Positions 27,325 to 64,000 of a DNA stretch of 64,000 nt are shown in pieces; position 1 is the stretch's first letter, and every line of letters starts with the position of its first letter. Under the pieces are notes generated by a model that saw only the letters and a list, made by a program, of their open reading frames with translations, was not told the DNA's origin and did not search any database. Made by a program: the position numbers and the translations under genes. This stretch comes from Chrysomallon squamiferum (taxonomy: Eukaryota > Animalia > Mollusca): assembly GCA_012295275.1 (NCBI GenBank), contig CM022674.1:12090001-12154000 (forward strand). The letters run 5' to 3'.

Positions 27325-30187
27325 TGTAATAGTAGTATATAGAGTGAAAACCAAATTTATTTCTAAACCTTTAATTACCTTCTTTCAGCTTTTCCTGATA
27401 TATGTTTATGTGTACTTCTGAAAATATCATCACAAATATTAGTATTTTTTTTAAGATTAATCATCAAATTTTTCAGTATAAATATTTTAACAAAAGGCTT
27501 TTCATAAAATTATCTAAAACAAATAATACAACTTTTAATTTTTTAAATTTCTTAATTATCTTTTTTTTTTTTTTTTTTTTTTTATTAATATTTTTTCTTA
27601 GACTGTCGACTGAATATAAATACGCATAAATACATTTATTTATTTATTTTCACTATTCTATTTTCTTCGTCGTCGTCGTCTTATTATTATTATTATTATT
27701 ATAATAAAGAGAAAATTCAAAATATATATATTTCTAACGTTTTAATTAACTTACTTCTTTTCCGGAGGTTTATTTCTACTTCTGAAAATATTAATCACAT
27801 AGCATTTGTGTTTTTAAGATTAATTATAATTTTTTTCAACATACGTATTTTTGACAAAAAGCTTTTAATCAAATTATGATTTATTATTGCTATTTATATA
27901 TTTTTATTTTATATTTGTATTTTTAACTGCATCGTGAAGTATGTGGACTGAATATAAATATGCGTGTATACATACAATCATTTTATTTTCACTATTCTTC
28001 TTTTCTTCTTCGTCTTTATCTTATTCATCATCATCATCTTCAACATCATCATCATCATTATTATTATATAACTTTAAAATCCGAAAGTATTTCTAATGTT
28101 TTCATTACCTTGTTTTCTGCCGCTTTGATACAAATTTACCTGCACCTCTGAAAATATTATCACATAATGTTAGTATTTTTTAAGTTTCATTATCATATTT
28201 TTCAGTACATATACTTAACAAAAGCCTTTTCATGAATTTACGTAAAATAAATACTGTACAACTTTTCAATTCCATTTTCTTTTTCTTTTTCCTTTTTTTT
28301 TCATGAAGTATATATACACACAGACATAAACACACGAATTCAAACATCAATATAAACATCTTCGTTTTATGTTTGATTAAGTCTGTTTACAGGACAATGT
28401 AATATGAAGTCAAGATTATTATTTGGCGTCCATCTCTGCATTAGGCATTACTCAAGTTATATTACAACAGCTCCTTCCATGTAAAGCTACGTTCGTAATT
28501 TAGAGCAATTCAATAAATTAGGCACAAGTAAAATTATTTCTGACTAGAATACTTTGCGAACTACTTGGAATTATGCAAATTAAGAAGGATACATACATTT
28601 TGTTCCACTATGCATCTTACATACAAAAATATTTAACATTTCTGTCATAAAAATTATCTGACCCATAATTATCCATTTACACCACATAAAAATAATCAGT
28701 TGCATTAACTTGAATTTGTAGGCAGTTAAACAACAGTTGAAAATGTTAATGAACTTAAAATCCAACACTGTCATTTGGAGATAATTACCTGAAGTATATA
28801 AAAAAGATTCCTATGATGATCAACACACCAGAGATTATCAGGATATAGTAAATTATGTTTTTATTATTTTTAGCTTTTGTTTCCTCTGAAAAGAATACAC
28901 CAATGAATGATTAAACGAATGAATGAATGAAAGAATGTATAAACGAATTAACAATTTAATATGTTATTGAGGTGTTATATAAAGAAGAAGAAAAAGAAGA
29001 AGAAGAAATGCTTCAAAGACTTCAACTGCTTTTGTTACTTTGTATTTCACCATCTGGACTGGATCCGGTTTCAGTGACCTCATGAGTTCACAAATTCGAC
29101 TGGAACTGTTTTAATGACGTTATCATTACAGGTACTAGATTGGGAGTCTATTGGTGACGTCATCATTACACATTCTTGATTTAGACAATTCGGGACGTCA
29201 GTATTACACAAACTGAATGCAACACCTCCTACCTCTATTATAATGTTCTATCATACCGTAACTACAGCAACGACAACTGTTACTACAACAACAACAACTA
29301 CTACGTTATAGAACTGACAAAAATACTACTACTAACATATTATTACACATATCACTTGAAATAGCACTTCAATAAATTATAGCTTTGATGGTGCTGCTGC
29401 TGCTACTAGTATTCCTGTTACGACTGCTACTATTACTTATAAGACTGCTGCTACTATCACGAGAAAGATGTAACCAGTTGGACAAGAAATACTGTTTTAC
29501 TATAGCATACCTGGACACTTCATGCTAGCATAACATACTTCTGTTTTTCTAGTGTTTCCATCATAAACTTGTCTAATGCCTTTCCCGCACGTTACACTAC
29601 ACACTGATTCCTTCTTCGTTGTTACTACTGGAGGTCCGTATGTTGGTTCTTGTTCTGGCCCGATTCCTTCTCCGATATCTGATCTTACTGAGTGAATGTA
29701 AACAGATTAACAGATAACGAGACAGCATTACTACAGATATCACTTGAAATAGAACTTTACTAAATTATAGCTTTAATGGTGTTGTTGCTGCTACTAGTAT
29801 TACTGTTACCATTGCTACTATTACTTATAAGACTGCTACTATTACGAGAAAGATTACGACCAGTAGGTCAAGATATACTGTTGTTACTACAGCATACCTG
29901 GACACTTCGTGCTAGCATAACATACTTCTGTTTTTCTAGTATTTCCATCATAAACTTGTCTAATGCCTTTCCCGCACGTTACACTACACACTGATTCCTT
30001 CTTCGTTGTTACTACTGGAGGTACGTATGTTGGTTCTTTTACTGGCCCGATTCCTTCTATCAAGGAATGGATGAATGAATGAATTAACAATTTATTATCA
30101 GTACTCTTTCTTACTGAGTTGTTACATAAATAATAATAAATATAAAAATAATTATAATAATAATAATAAGAAGAAGAAGAAGAAGAA

Positions 30188-30218
<31 letters not shown>

Positions 30219-31214
30219 AAAATGTTTCAAAGCTTTTAAACTGTTTTTTTTTTACTTCGTATTCCATCACCTGGACTAGAAATATTTCTATTATTGACAT
30301 ACCTGATTTGCATGCTCGTTTCACAGATTCCGTAAAGAACCATAACTCGTTATCAACCATGATTCTGTTCCTTTGACACGACCTCATATTTCTGAGAGGC
30401 ATCAAAGCTTCACGGAAACATTTATTTATTATATCTAATTTCCTTTCTCTAATAAATAAATGAATAAATAAATAAACAAACAAATATATAAATTATATCA
30501 TACTTTACTATCCGCTGTCGAATAAAACATGACTTATAACAGTAACACACAAGCATACTTACGGAAACATACGTACTTAAAAACACACATATACTTAGAC
30601 ATACATACACATGCAATATATATATACCTACGTACATGCCTACACACATGCATATGTACATAATCCGACTCACGTGCAAGTTGACAACTTAAACGTTTCA
30701 TACGTTTCTCCTTCTGGAAGAGATCCCCCTTCTCCAAAAGAGACTAAATAGAAAAGTGAGTCTAAGGTAAACTGATTTCCAGCAAGACATTTTGCCATTG
30801 ACTCATTAAAAGATCTCTCGCATTCTGCCCAAGAAAAAGCCGAGACCTCAACTGAAGAGAAAAGCACCATATCTGTCAATGAAAACAAATCTACGTCATT
30901 AATTGGTTCCAAAAGCTGTGACGTAAATCGAATGTCATATGTCAAAAAAGTGACGACAAACAGCTTAAAATTAGCATAAAAAACTCGCGAAACATCCTAT
31001 AGTATGATATGGTAGTTGACGTAATATTGTAAGTAAATAAACAAACAAACAAATAAATAAATAATTAAAGAAAATGTTTATTCAGGAAAGCTAGCATATA
31101 ATTTTGTTCTTCTTGTTGTTTTTTTACTATTATTGTCATATAAGGATGACTTTTGTTGTCGTTGAATTCATTTTTTTTTTTTTTTTTTTTACGCTTTTTT
31201 ATCAACCAGACAAA

Positions 31215-31268
<54 letters not shown>

Positions 31269-31569
31269 TGAAAAAAAACTGTACAAAGATATTGCATCAG
31301 GCATCCACAATCCGAATATAGAAATATTTAAATTTCGGTAAAAAGGTCAACTTTAACTCAAATGAGACATAAATGGCTTGATTAAAGCAGATTATCGAAC
31401 ACACGCCTCACATATTCACAGAATTAATTTAAACAAATAAAAGAATAATGAAACGAATTTTATATATAAAAGAATTATCTAACGGAATAGTGTTTAAATA
31501 TGTGTAATAAAAGTGTGTAGTAATATAAATATAATTTAACATACACGTCAAAAGATTTAAAATCATCAT
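24800..31569 (-). CDS. G4: type I membrane protein, short architecture SP-domA-2x miniTSP-TM-microexon tail
   Basis: Exons 31569-31545 (MMILNLLT), 30872-30674, 30448-30303, 30056-29898, 29687-29511, 28885-28789 (TM IIYYILIISGVLIIIGIFFIYF), microexons within 28147-25331, then an exon starting at 25089 (VMSETTERKNRNKQNKE...) and a 33-nt exon 24832-24800. No TSP1 or domain-B exons. Confidence 0.78.
25331..28147 (-). repeat. G4 tandem exon-intron repeat array (cytoplasmic microexons)
   Basis: Units ttttcag|(39 nt)|gtaatt at 28147-28109, 27781-27755 (27 nt), 27417-27379, 27029-26991 (GC donor), 26565-26527, 26046-26008, 25763-25723 (41 nt, degenerate), 25369-25331. Confidence 0.75.
26122..26385. 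repeat. Inverted duplicate of 27874-28137
   Basis: Direct reverse-complement match over about 260 bp with few mismatches; also visible as near-identical ORFs 26069..26299(-) and 27960..28151(+). Confidence 0.9.
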
Positions 31570-31590
31570 GATTCTTCCCCCGCATCTGTG

Positions 31591-31666
31591 ATGACGTCAT
31601 CAGTTTTTCCTACAAACATTTCGACCAAATTAGATCGAATGACATCATTACGCATTACTATATATA
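31591..31666 (-). promoter_or_regulatory. G4 putative core promoter/5' UTR
   Basis: ATGACGTCAT at 31591-31600; TATATATA at 31659-31666; ATG at 31569. Confidence 0.5.
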
Positions 31667-31909
31667 ATAAAAGTTTTAAATTTGTATGTGAGATTAAATT
31701 AATAAATTAATAAATAAACAGAAAAATATTACAAAGCGTGTTGTTTTAATATTTTGGAATATCACGTTAAATTTACGACTTCGTTTTGACAAGTTGGCAC
31801 AACTTTCAGTCTAATGGCCAAAAATAACTTTTACAATTTTTTAAATACTCTAAATATTAATAATGATATTTACTGTTATTTAACAGGAAAAATGTACATA
31901 AATAAATAA

Positions 31910-31968
<59 letters not shown>

Positions 31969-32772
31969 TACCTACAGTTATAGATAGATACAGATGACAA
32001 GCATGCAATAACGATATCATCGCTATCAGCATTACGATCATTAACATATTTGGTATTGTCAACATCATAATTATCGTTATCGTTATCGTCGTCCATCTGT
32101 TACTATCGTCATCATCAGTATTATTAATAGTGTATTTGTGGTTGCCTGCATTTATGTCACTTATAAAATAACATAAAATAATTAATAAATACTGAAAAAA
32201 ATAAGGCAACACTGTTTTAATAATTAACATGTATTTATTAACTTAAAATTAACATTGTAATTTTCTGCCACAAAGATTCATCAAGTCATTTTTCCAGACA
32301 GATGAGAATCCACAAGGATTCCTCAGAGACTCTGACACGAGTTTCATTATGCCATAGAATGGTTGTTTGTATACAAATGCATTACTTTTCAGACATGAAA
32401 AAGGTGTTTTAATAGATATGCAAACAATTAAACACCAGTTAAGTTATAAATAAATTACTAGTAATTTATCGAAACTCCGTCCCAAAAAGAAATATTTTTG
32501 ATCAGTGCCCAAAAATATAGAAATGTATCTAATCATATGTTTGCACTACGTGTAGTGATTGGAGGCTATATATCTGTGCTTCTAAATGTGTTTTCTCTTT
32601 CATTTTGTTTTCTCTTCTATTTTCTTTTTGTTTAAGTCATTATTGCTTTATGATTTATTTGTTTATTTCGTTTAGTTCATTTCGTGTTTTTATTTTATTT
32701 TAATTTTATTTATGGATATTATTATAATTAGTACTAGTAGTAGTAGTATTGTTATTGTTATTGTTTTATTAC

Positions 32773-38687
<5,915 letters not shown>

Positions 38688-38709
38688 TATGCTCTGCTTC
38701 CGAATCTGC

Positions 38710-38795
38710 ATGACGTCATTAGTTTTTCGTGCGAACATCTCGATCAGATTAGAAACTCTTCGTTCGAATGACATCATTACGTATTAGTATATATA
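38710..38795 (-). promoter_or_regulatory. G5 putative core promoter/5' UTR
   Basis: ATGACGTCAT at 38710-38719; TATATATA at 38788-38795; ATG at 38687. Confidence 0.5.
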
Positions 38796-40167
38796 ATAAA
38801 ATTCGAAATTTGTATGTCAGATTATATTAATAAACTAATAAATAAAAATAAAAACATAAGAACATTTTAAAAAATTAAAAAAGAAAGATAATTCTTACTG
38901 GACACTGGATAATAATAAATCATTTAAATTCTAATTATTTTTTATTTATATGTGTGTTAGTTATTTACATAATTTTAATTCATTTAGGACTTCGTTTTAA
39001 CAAGCTTGCACGTGCTTTCAATTTAATGGTTAAAAATATTTTTATAATTTTCTAAATAATCAAAATATTAATATTGATATTTACTGTTATATTACAGGAA
39101 TAAATAAATAGATAAATAAATAAGTATATGTATACAATAACATTGTTGCCTGCAGTCTATTTTTAGACTGGCAAATGTTTTCGCCTAAAGGGATTCTATA
39201 AATATTAATAATAATTACCTAAATAAATAAATAAAATAGCTTAATGTTTTAAATCATTATATTTCAGGTAATATTCACCACCATTATAAGATTTTGTAAT
39301 TCATAATTCTGATCATTGTTATCATTACAATCATTAACACCTTTGATATTATCAGTACCATTATCACCGTGCGTCATTATAACTATTACTGTCATCAACA
39401 TTAATTGTGCATATGTATGATATAACATAAAATAATTAAATAAATACCGAAAAAATCAAGCAATATATTTTAATAATTAACATTTATTTATTAACTGAAA
39501 ATTAGCATTCAGTTTCTAACTCAAAATATTAATTATGTTTAATAATAAACTGAAATTGTCTCCGAGAAAGATTCACGCAAGTAATTCAAGTAATTTGACG
39601 AGAATCCGTCAAGAATTCTGAGAGATTCTGATACGAGATTTATCATGGCATAGAGTGGTTGTTTTTCAACAAAACTGTTCAAGCTGAACAGTCTACTGGT
39701 TCTAACAAAGCTATAATACGAGTAAAGTTAAATAGTCTCAGATATTTGATATGAATCAGTTGGTTAGAGAAGATGGTACAAATGAGTTGACTAGGATAGT
39801 AAACATCATGTCCCAGAGCAGATTCGGAGAAACGTGTTCATGTGAAAGATCCATGATCTGTTTGTCTACCTGAATCATTGTTCTTGTTTCATTTCAGAAT
39901 AACTTAGTCGCCGAAATAATTTTTGGTCAGTGCTATAAAATATAGAAATGTATTTAGTTATCACATCTTTGCACTACGTGTTGTGATTGGAGGAGATATA
40001 TATATGTACATATATCTATGTTTGTAAATGTGTTTTTATTTTCGGTTTCACTTTCTCTTGCATTTAATTTCGTTTTTCTTTAGGTCATTATTGTTTTATG
40101 AATTATTTATTTTTGTTGTTTCCTTTAGCTCATTTCGATTTATTATTTTTATTTTATTATTATTATT

Positions 40168-40212
<45 letters not shown>

Positions 40213-41209
40213 GCATAAATATTTATTCATTTATTTTGGTTGGAGATATCTCATTCATTAAGACGAATCATTGTCAACCTTTTCATTCATTTTATCTTTT
40301 TCTTTTCTTCAGGTATTCAGAAATGTCTCATAGAATTCTTCCATAATTCTTGAGCTTTGTTTCCATGAGTTCATTTCGATTTTTTTATTATTATTTTTTT
40401 TATTATTTTTATTATTTGTATTATTATTATTGTTGTTGTTGTTATTGTTGTAGTTATTCATTTATTTATTTATTTATTTATTTATTATTTTATTTATTTT
40501 GGTGGGAGATATCTCATTCATTAAGACGAATCGTCGTGTCAACCTTTTCATTCTTTTTTCTTTTTCTTTTCTTCGGGTATTCATAAATTTCTTATAGAAT
40601 TCTTCCGTAATTCTTTAGCTGAAAGTAGAAAATTAACAAAATGCTTATTGATCTTAGCAACACTACTACTACTTTTATCACTATTATTACTACAACTACT
40701 ACTACTATTACTATTACTACCGTTACTACTATTACTGCTGCTGCTACTACTACTATGACTTCATAAACTGCTAAAGCTATTATCACTACTACTGCTATTG
40801 CTATTACTGTTATTACTATACTACTTCTATTACTGCTACGGTCACATGTCCACGAATAATAATAATAATAATGACGTCGATGAATACAATAACAACAACA
40901 ATAATACTGATGATGATATTATTGTGAAGAATAAGATATTATTATAATTAATAATATTTCATCTTTTCATTTTTTTTTAAAGTTTAAATATCCGTAATAG
41001 TTCGACTTTGACGTCACTAAGACAATTCTATTCGTACAATGATGACGTCACTCAAACAACTCAATTTGTATGATGATGACGTACTAAAGGTGTGTATAAA
41101 GGTGATGTAACTAAAACAAATCAGTTTTTGTAATGATGATTTGACTAAAACATATTACTTATTACTAATATTTATTTTTTTATTATTATTTTTTTAATTT
41201 TTTATTTAC

Positions 41210-52063
<10,854 letters not shown>

Positions 52064-52083
52064 GATTTTCACCCGCATTTATG

Positions 52084-52159
52084 ATGACGTCATCAGTTTT
52101 TCCTACAAACATTTCGACCAAATTAGATCGAATGACATCATTACGGATTACTATATATA
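52084..52159 (-). promoter_or_regulatory. G6 putative core promoter/5' UTR
   Basis: ATGACGTCAT at 52084-52093; TATATATA at 52152-52159; ATG at 52063. Confidence 0.5.
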
Positions 52160-52394
52160 ATAAAAGTTTTAAATTTGTATGTGAGATTAAATTAATAAAT
52201 TAATAAATAAACAGAAAAATATTACAAAGCGTGTTGTTTTAATATTTTGGAATATCACGTTAAATTTACGACTTCGTTTTGACAAGTTGGCACAACTTTC
52301 AATGTAATGGCTAAAAATAACTTTTAAATAATATATATACACTTATTTATGTACATTTTTCCTGTTAAATACAGTAAATATCATTATCAATATA

Positions 52395-52450
<56 letters not shown>

Positions 52451-53237
52451 CATACATACAGTTATAGATGGATAGACACAGACGACAAGCATGCAATAAC
52501 GATATCATCGCTATCAGCATTACGATCATTAACATATTTGATATTGTCAACATCATAATTATCGTTATCGTCGTCCATCTGTTACTATCGTCATCATCAG
52601 TATTATTAATAGTGTATTTGTGGTTGCACGCATTTATGTCACTTATAAAATAACTAAAAAATAATTAATAAATACTGAAAAAAATAAGGCAACACTGTTT
52701 TAATAATTAACATTTATTTATTAACTTAAAATCAACATTGTGTTTTTTACTCAAAATATTAATTACATTTAATAAGGAATTGAAATTTTCTGCCATAAAG
52801 ATTCATCAAGTCATTTTTCCAGACAGATGAGAAACCACAAGGATTCCTCAGAGACTGACACGAATTTCATCATGCCATAGAATGGTTGTTTGTATACAAA
52901 TGCATTACTTTTCAGACATGAAAAAGGTGTTTTAATAGATATGCAAACAATTAAACACCCGTTAAGTTATAAATAAATTACTAGTAAATATTCTTAACCA
53001 GTGCCAAGAAATATAGAAATTTATTTTGTCATTATATCTTTCCACTACGTGCTGTGATTGGATGATATATATATGTACATATATCTGTGTTTGTAAATGT
53101 TTTCCTATTTTAGGTTTCACTTTCTTTTCTTTTGCATTTCCTCTTTGTTTATGTCATTATTGCTTTATGAATTATTTATTTATTTATTTCCATTAGTTCA
53201 CATCGATTTTCTATTTTTATTCTTATAGATATTTTAA

Positions 53238-53312
<75 letters not shown>

Positions 53313-54157
53313 TTTTGGTGGGAGATTTGCTCAATCATGATGACGAATGTTCATTTCAACCCTAGGTTTTCTTTTTCTTTCTTTTTTCTTTCTCTTTTTT
53401 ATTAGTTTCTTCTAAAAAAATTCCATAATTTGTTAGCTGAAAGTAGAATATTATAACATAATGCATACTGATCTAAGCAACAATACTACTACTATAATTA
53501 CTACCATTACAACAATTACTACAATTGTTACTGTTACTACCGCTACTATTACTACCACTGCTGCTACTTCGAGGTCATTAAAACTGTCCAGTTTAAATGA
53601 ATGTGGTGTTACTAAACAGTTTAATTTGCACAGATAATCAAGAAGATAATAAAATAGTTAAATCTGTGTAAAGATGAAGTAAGAGTTAAAGTTCCATTTG
53701 GTTCTGTAGCGATAAAGTGAGAAAAGCTAATGAAAAGTAATGTAAATAAAATAAAGTGGTGTTTTAAAACTGTTTAATTCTACTAAATATATCTTGCCTT
53801 GAGAAAACATGTATTACATATGATATGGAACAGCACATTGGGAACACAGCTTCAGACAGTAATATAATCAAAGAAAAATTAAAAGTAGACAGGATGTAAT
53901 GACATCAGTTACCGGATATACTGGATGGAAAAAACTTACTATTTACATTGGGCTTGTGCTAAATTCTTTAAGAATAACGTTATTTGCAGTGATAAGAACG
54001 CACAGTAGTACACTTCACTGATTATGTACAAGAGACTGTAATGCAATATTTCAGTTATCCAACGAGTATAACTGTTTTAAATGTCAGCAACCTCACCCCC
54101 AGTCGTTCTGAATTTAAGAAAAGAAAAGAAATATGGTGACAAAAATATTCGTCTTTA

Positions 54158-54205
<48 letters not shown>

Positions 54206-54399
54206 TCATTTCTAGAAATAGCACAGAATGTAGTCATATGACTTACTTTGAAGGACCTATTTGTGAATCGATGAATGATTTCATGATTTAATGTTTTACA
54301 TTACAATCATATTTAATATATAAATTACTGTTCTGGAATTTGATAAAATTAGCCGAGTGTGTAGCCATAATAATTCCTATTTAAATTGTATTGTATCTG

Positions 54400-54483
<84 letters not shown>

Positions 54484-55433
54484 GATTATTATTATTATCA
54501 TCATCATTATCATTATTATTATTATTATGATTATTATTATTAATATAAATCTGACAACTATATGTATTTGTGAAAGCCATCAACTATCTAATTATTTTTT
54601 TTTTCTTAAGGTGTAACAATAATAGTAACAACAACAACAAAATAAAAAGTGAAAAAGAGAGATAACTGAAAGATGCGTTTGCAGTACTTGAAAGTAATTT
54701 TTTTGACTGTATTTTTTTTCTTTGAAACAAGTCTCGAAGAAATACAGCATAGCGATTATTTGATAGATAGATAGATAGATAGGTAGATAGGTAGGTAGTT
54801 TAGGCAGGCAGGCAGGCTGACCGACAGACAGACAGACAGACAGACGGACGGACGGACGGATGGATGGATGGATGGATGGATGGATAGATATACATATTTA
54901 CATGCTACTGTTGTTGCTAGTTGCTGTTATCATTATTATAATAATCGTAATTGTTTCTTTTTGTTTTGTTGTTGATTTCTTTGTATAATTATATGTGTTT
55001 TTATTAATCAGTTTTTGTATGTATCCGGTTCTTTGTTTGTTTGGATGTTTTTTAACTACGTAGTATATTTATTTATCTATTTTATATAAATAACTATCCA
55101 TGCAGATATTTACCCTTGACGTAACGAACTGAATAGAAATCAAACAAGTATCATCATGACAAAAACTGAAATGCCTCAGACATTGAATCTGTCGTAATCA
55201 ACTTTGTGTTTGCTGAATAAAAAAGTAAATAAATAAAAACATAAAATCATAAAAAATAAATAAATAAAAAAAGAGAGAGAAAAATAAAATAATTAAAAAG
55301 TGAAAAATCGTCCTTTTTGTTTTTTCTGTTCATTTATTTCTTTAACTATTGTTTTGCTTAATTTTTCTTTATTATTATTATTATTATTATTATTACATAC
55401 AGAAAGAGAAACTTCTTGGACATATCTATTTAT

Positions 55434-63431
<7,998 letters not shown>

Positions 63432-64000
63432 CTGTAAAAACAATAATAATAATAATATAATAAATAGCTTAAAATTAGCGTAAATAACTCGCTAAAGAAT
63501 CTGTTTCTAAACCTGAAAGAACTCTAAAGACACGTTTTAGTCACAATTTTTAAAGAACAACGAACACGTTTAAAATTTTATATTGTTCACCTGGTGATTT
63601 GACCTCAAAAATGCCTTAACTAGGACGAGAAAACAGTCAGCGTAAAGATCGAGCGGAAGACTATAATTCTCTTATGATGTAGGCAGATATGACGTAAAGC
63701 GGGTTATTACTGTAGTAGTAGTAGAAGTTGTTGTTTTGAACTTAATTTTTCGAGTATTCTCTTTTAATACTTTGTAATTTACTTGATAATAAATGTCACT
63801 GCTACTGACTTCTAAAGATTTTTCTATCAGAGTTTTAATAATTTAAAAAACGTATCTGCATTATGACCATTAGGAAAAAAAGTGTTAAGTAAATAAATGA
63901 AAAATGTATATAATCTGGTCTGTCAAACATTCTAGAGAGTACATCTAGGTGGTGATATACTGAAAATAAATGAATAAATATTTTTGAAAAGTAAACAAAT

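Noticed and set aside
29887-30483. 198-aa ORF as a single coding exon
   Set aside because: It joins exon 3 and a mini-TSP exon through a 246-nt intron with GT/AG ends and poly-Ser/Tyr microsatellite; the open frame is probably incidental, though retention is not excluded.
53575-54120. Unique higher-complexity segment as a LINE remnant or separate gene
   Set aside because: No open frame or recognisable motif I can support by eye; needs a repeat-library or tBLASTx search.

Overview
AT-rich, microsatellite-dense eukaryotic DNA with spliceosomal introns (invertebrate, plausibly mollusc; the taxon is inference). Most ORF-track entries are translated microsatellites. Reading the minus strand by splice sites reveals a head-to-tail tandem array of seven paralogues (G1-G7, about 10 kb spacing) of one multi-exon gene family I do not recognise. 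They encode type I membrane proteins: signal peptide; 6-Cys probably helical domain A; optional full TSP1 repeat plus a second 6-Cys domain B; 1-5 copies of a 4-Cys 'mini-TSP' exon; one TM exon; and a cytoplasmic tail built from tandem phase-2 microexons (27-48 nt, mostly 39 nt, e.g. R-STHKHISEQPER). Exon lengths, phases and GT/AG sites were checked by hand and are consistent across copies. Domain A is hypervariable between paralogues while domain B and TSP1 are conserved. Stalk length and tail repeat number vary. The array shows pseudogenisation, mosaic segments and exon gain and loss. The pattern suggests a rapidly diversifying recognition-receptor cluster (immune, allorecognition, gamete or symbiont recognition), but function is unproven. 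Tail exon choice and 3' ends are uncertain without transcripts.
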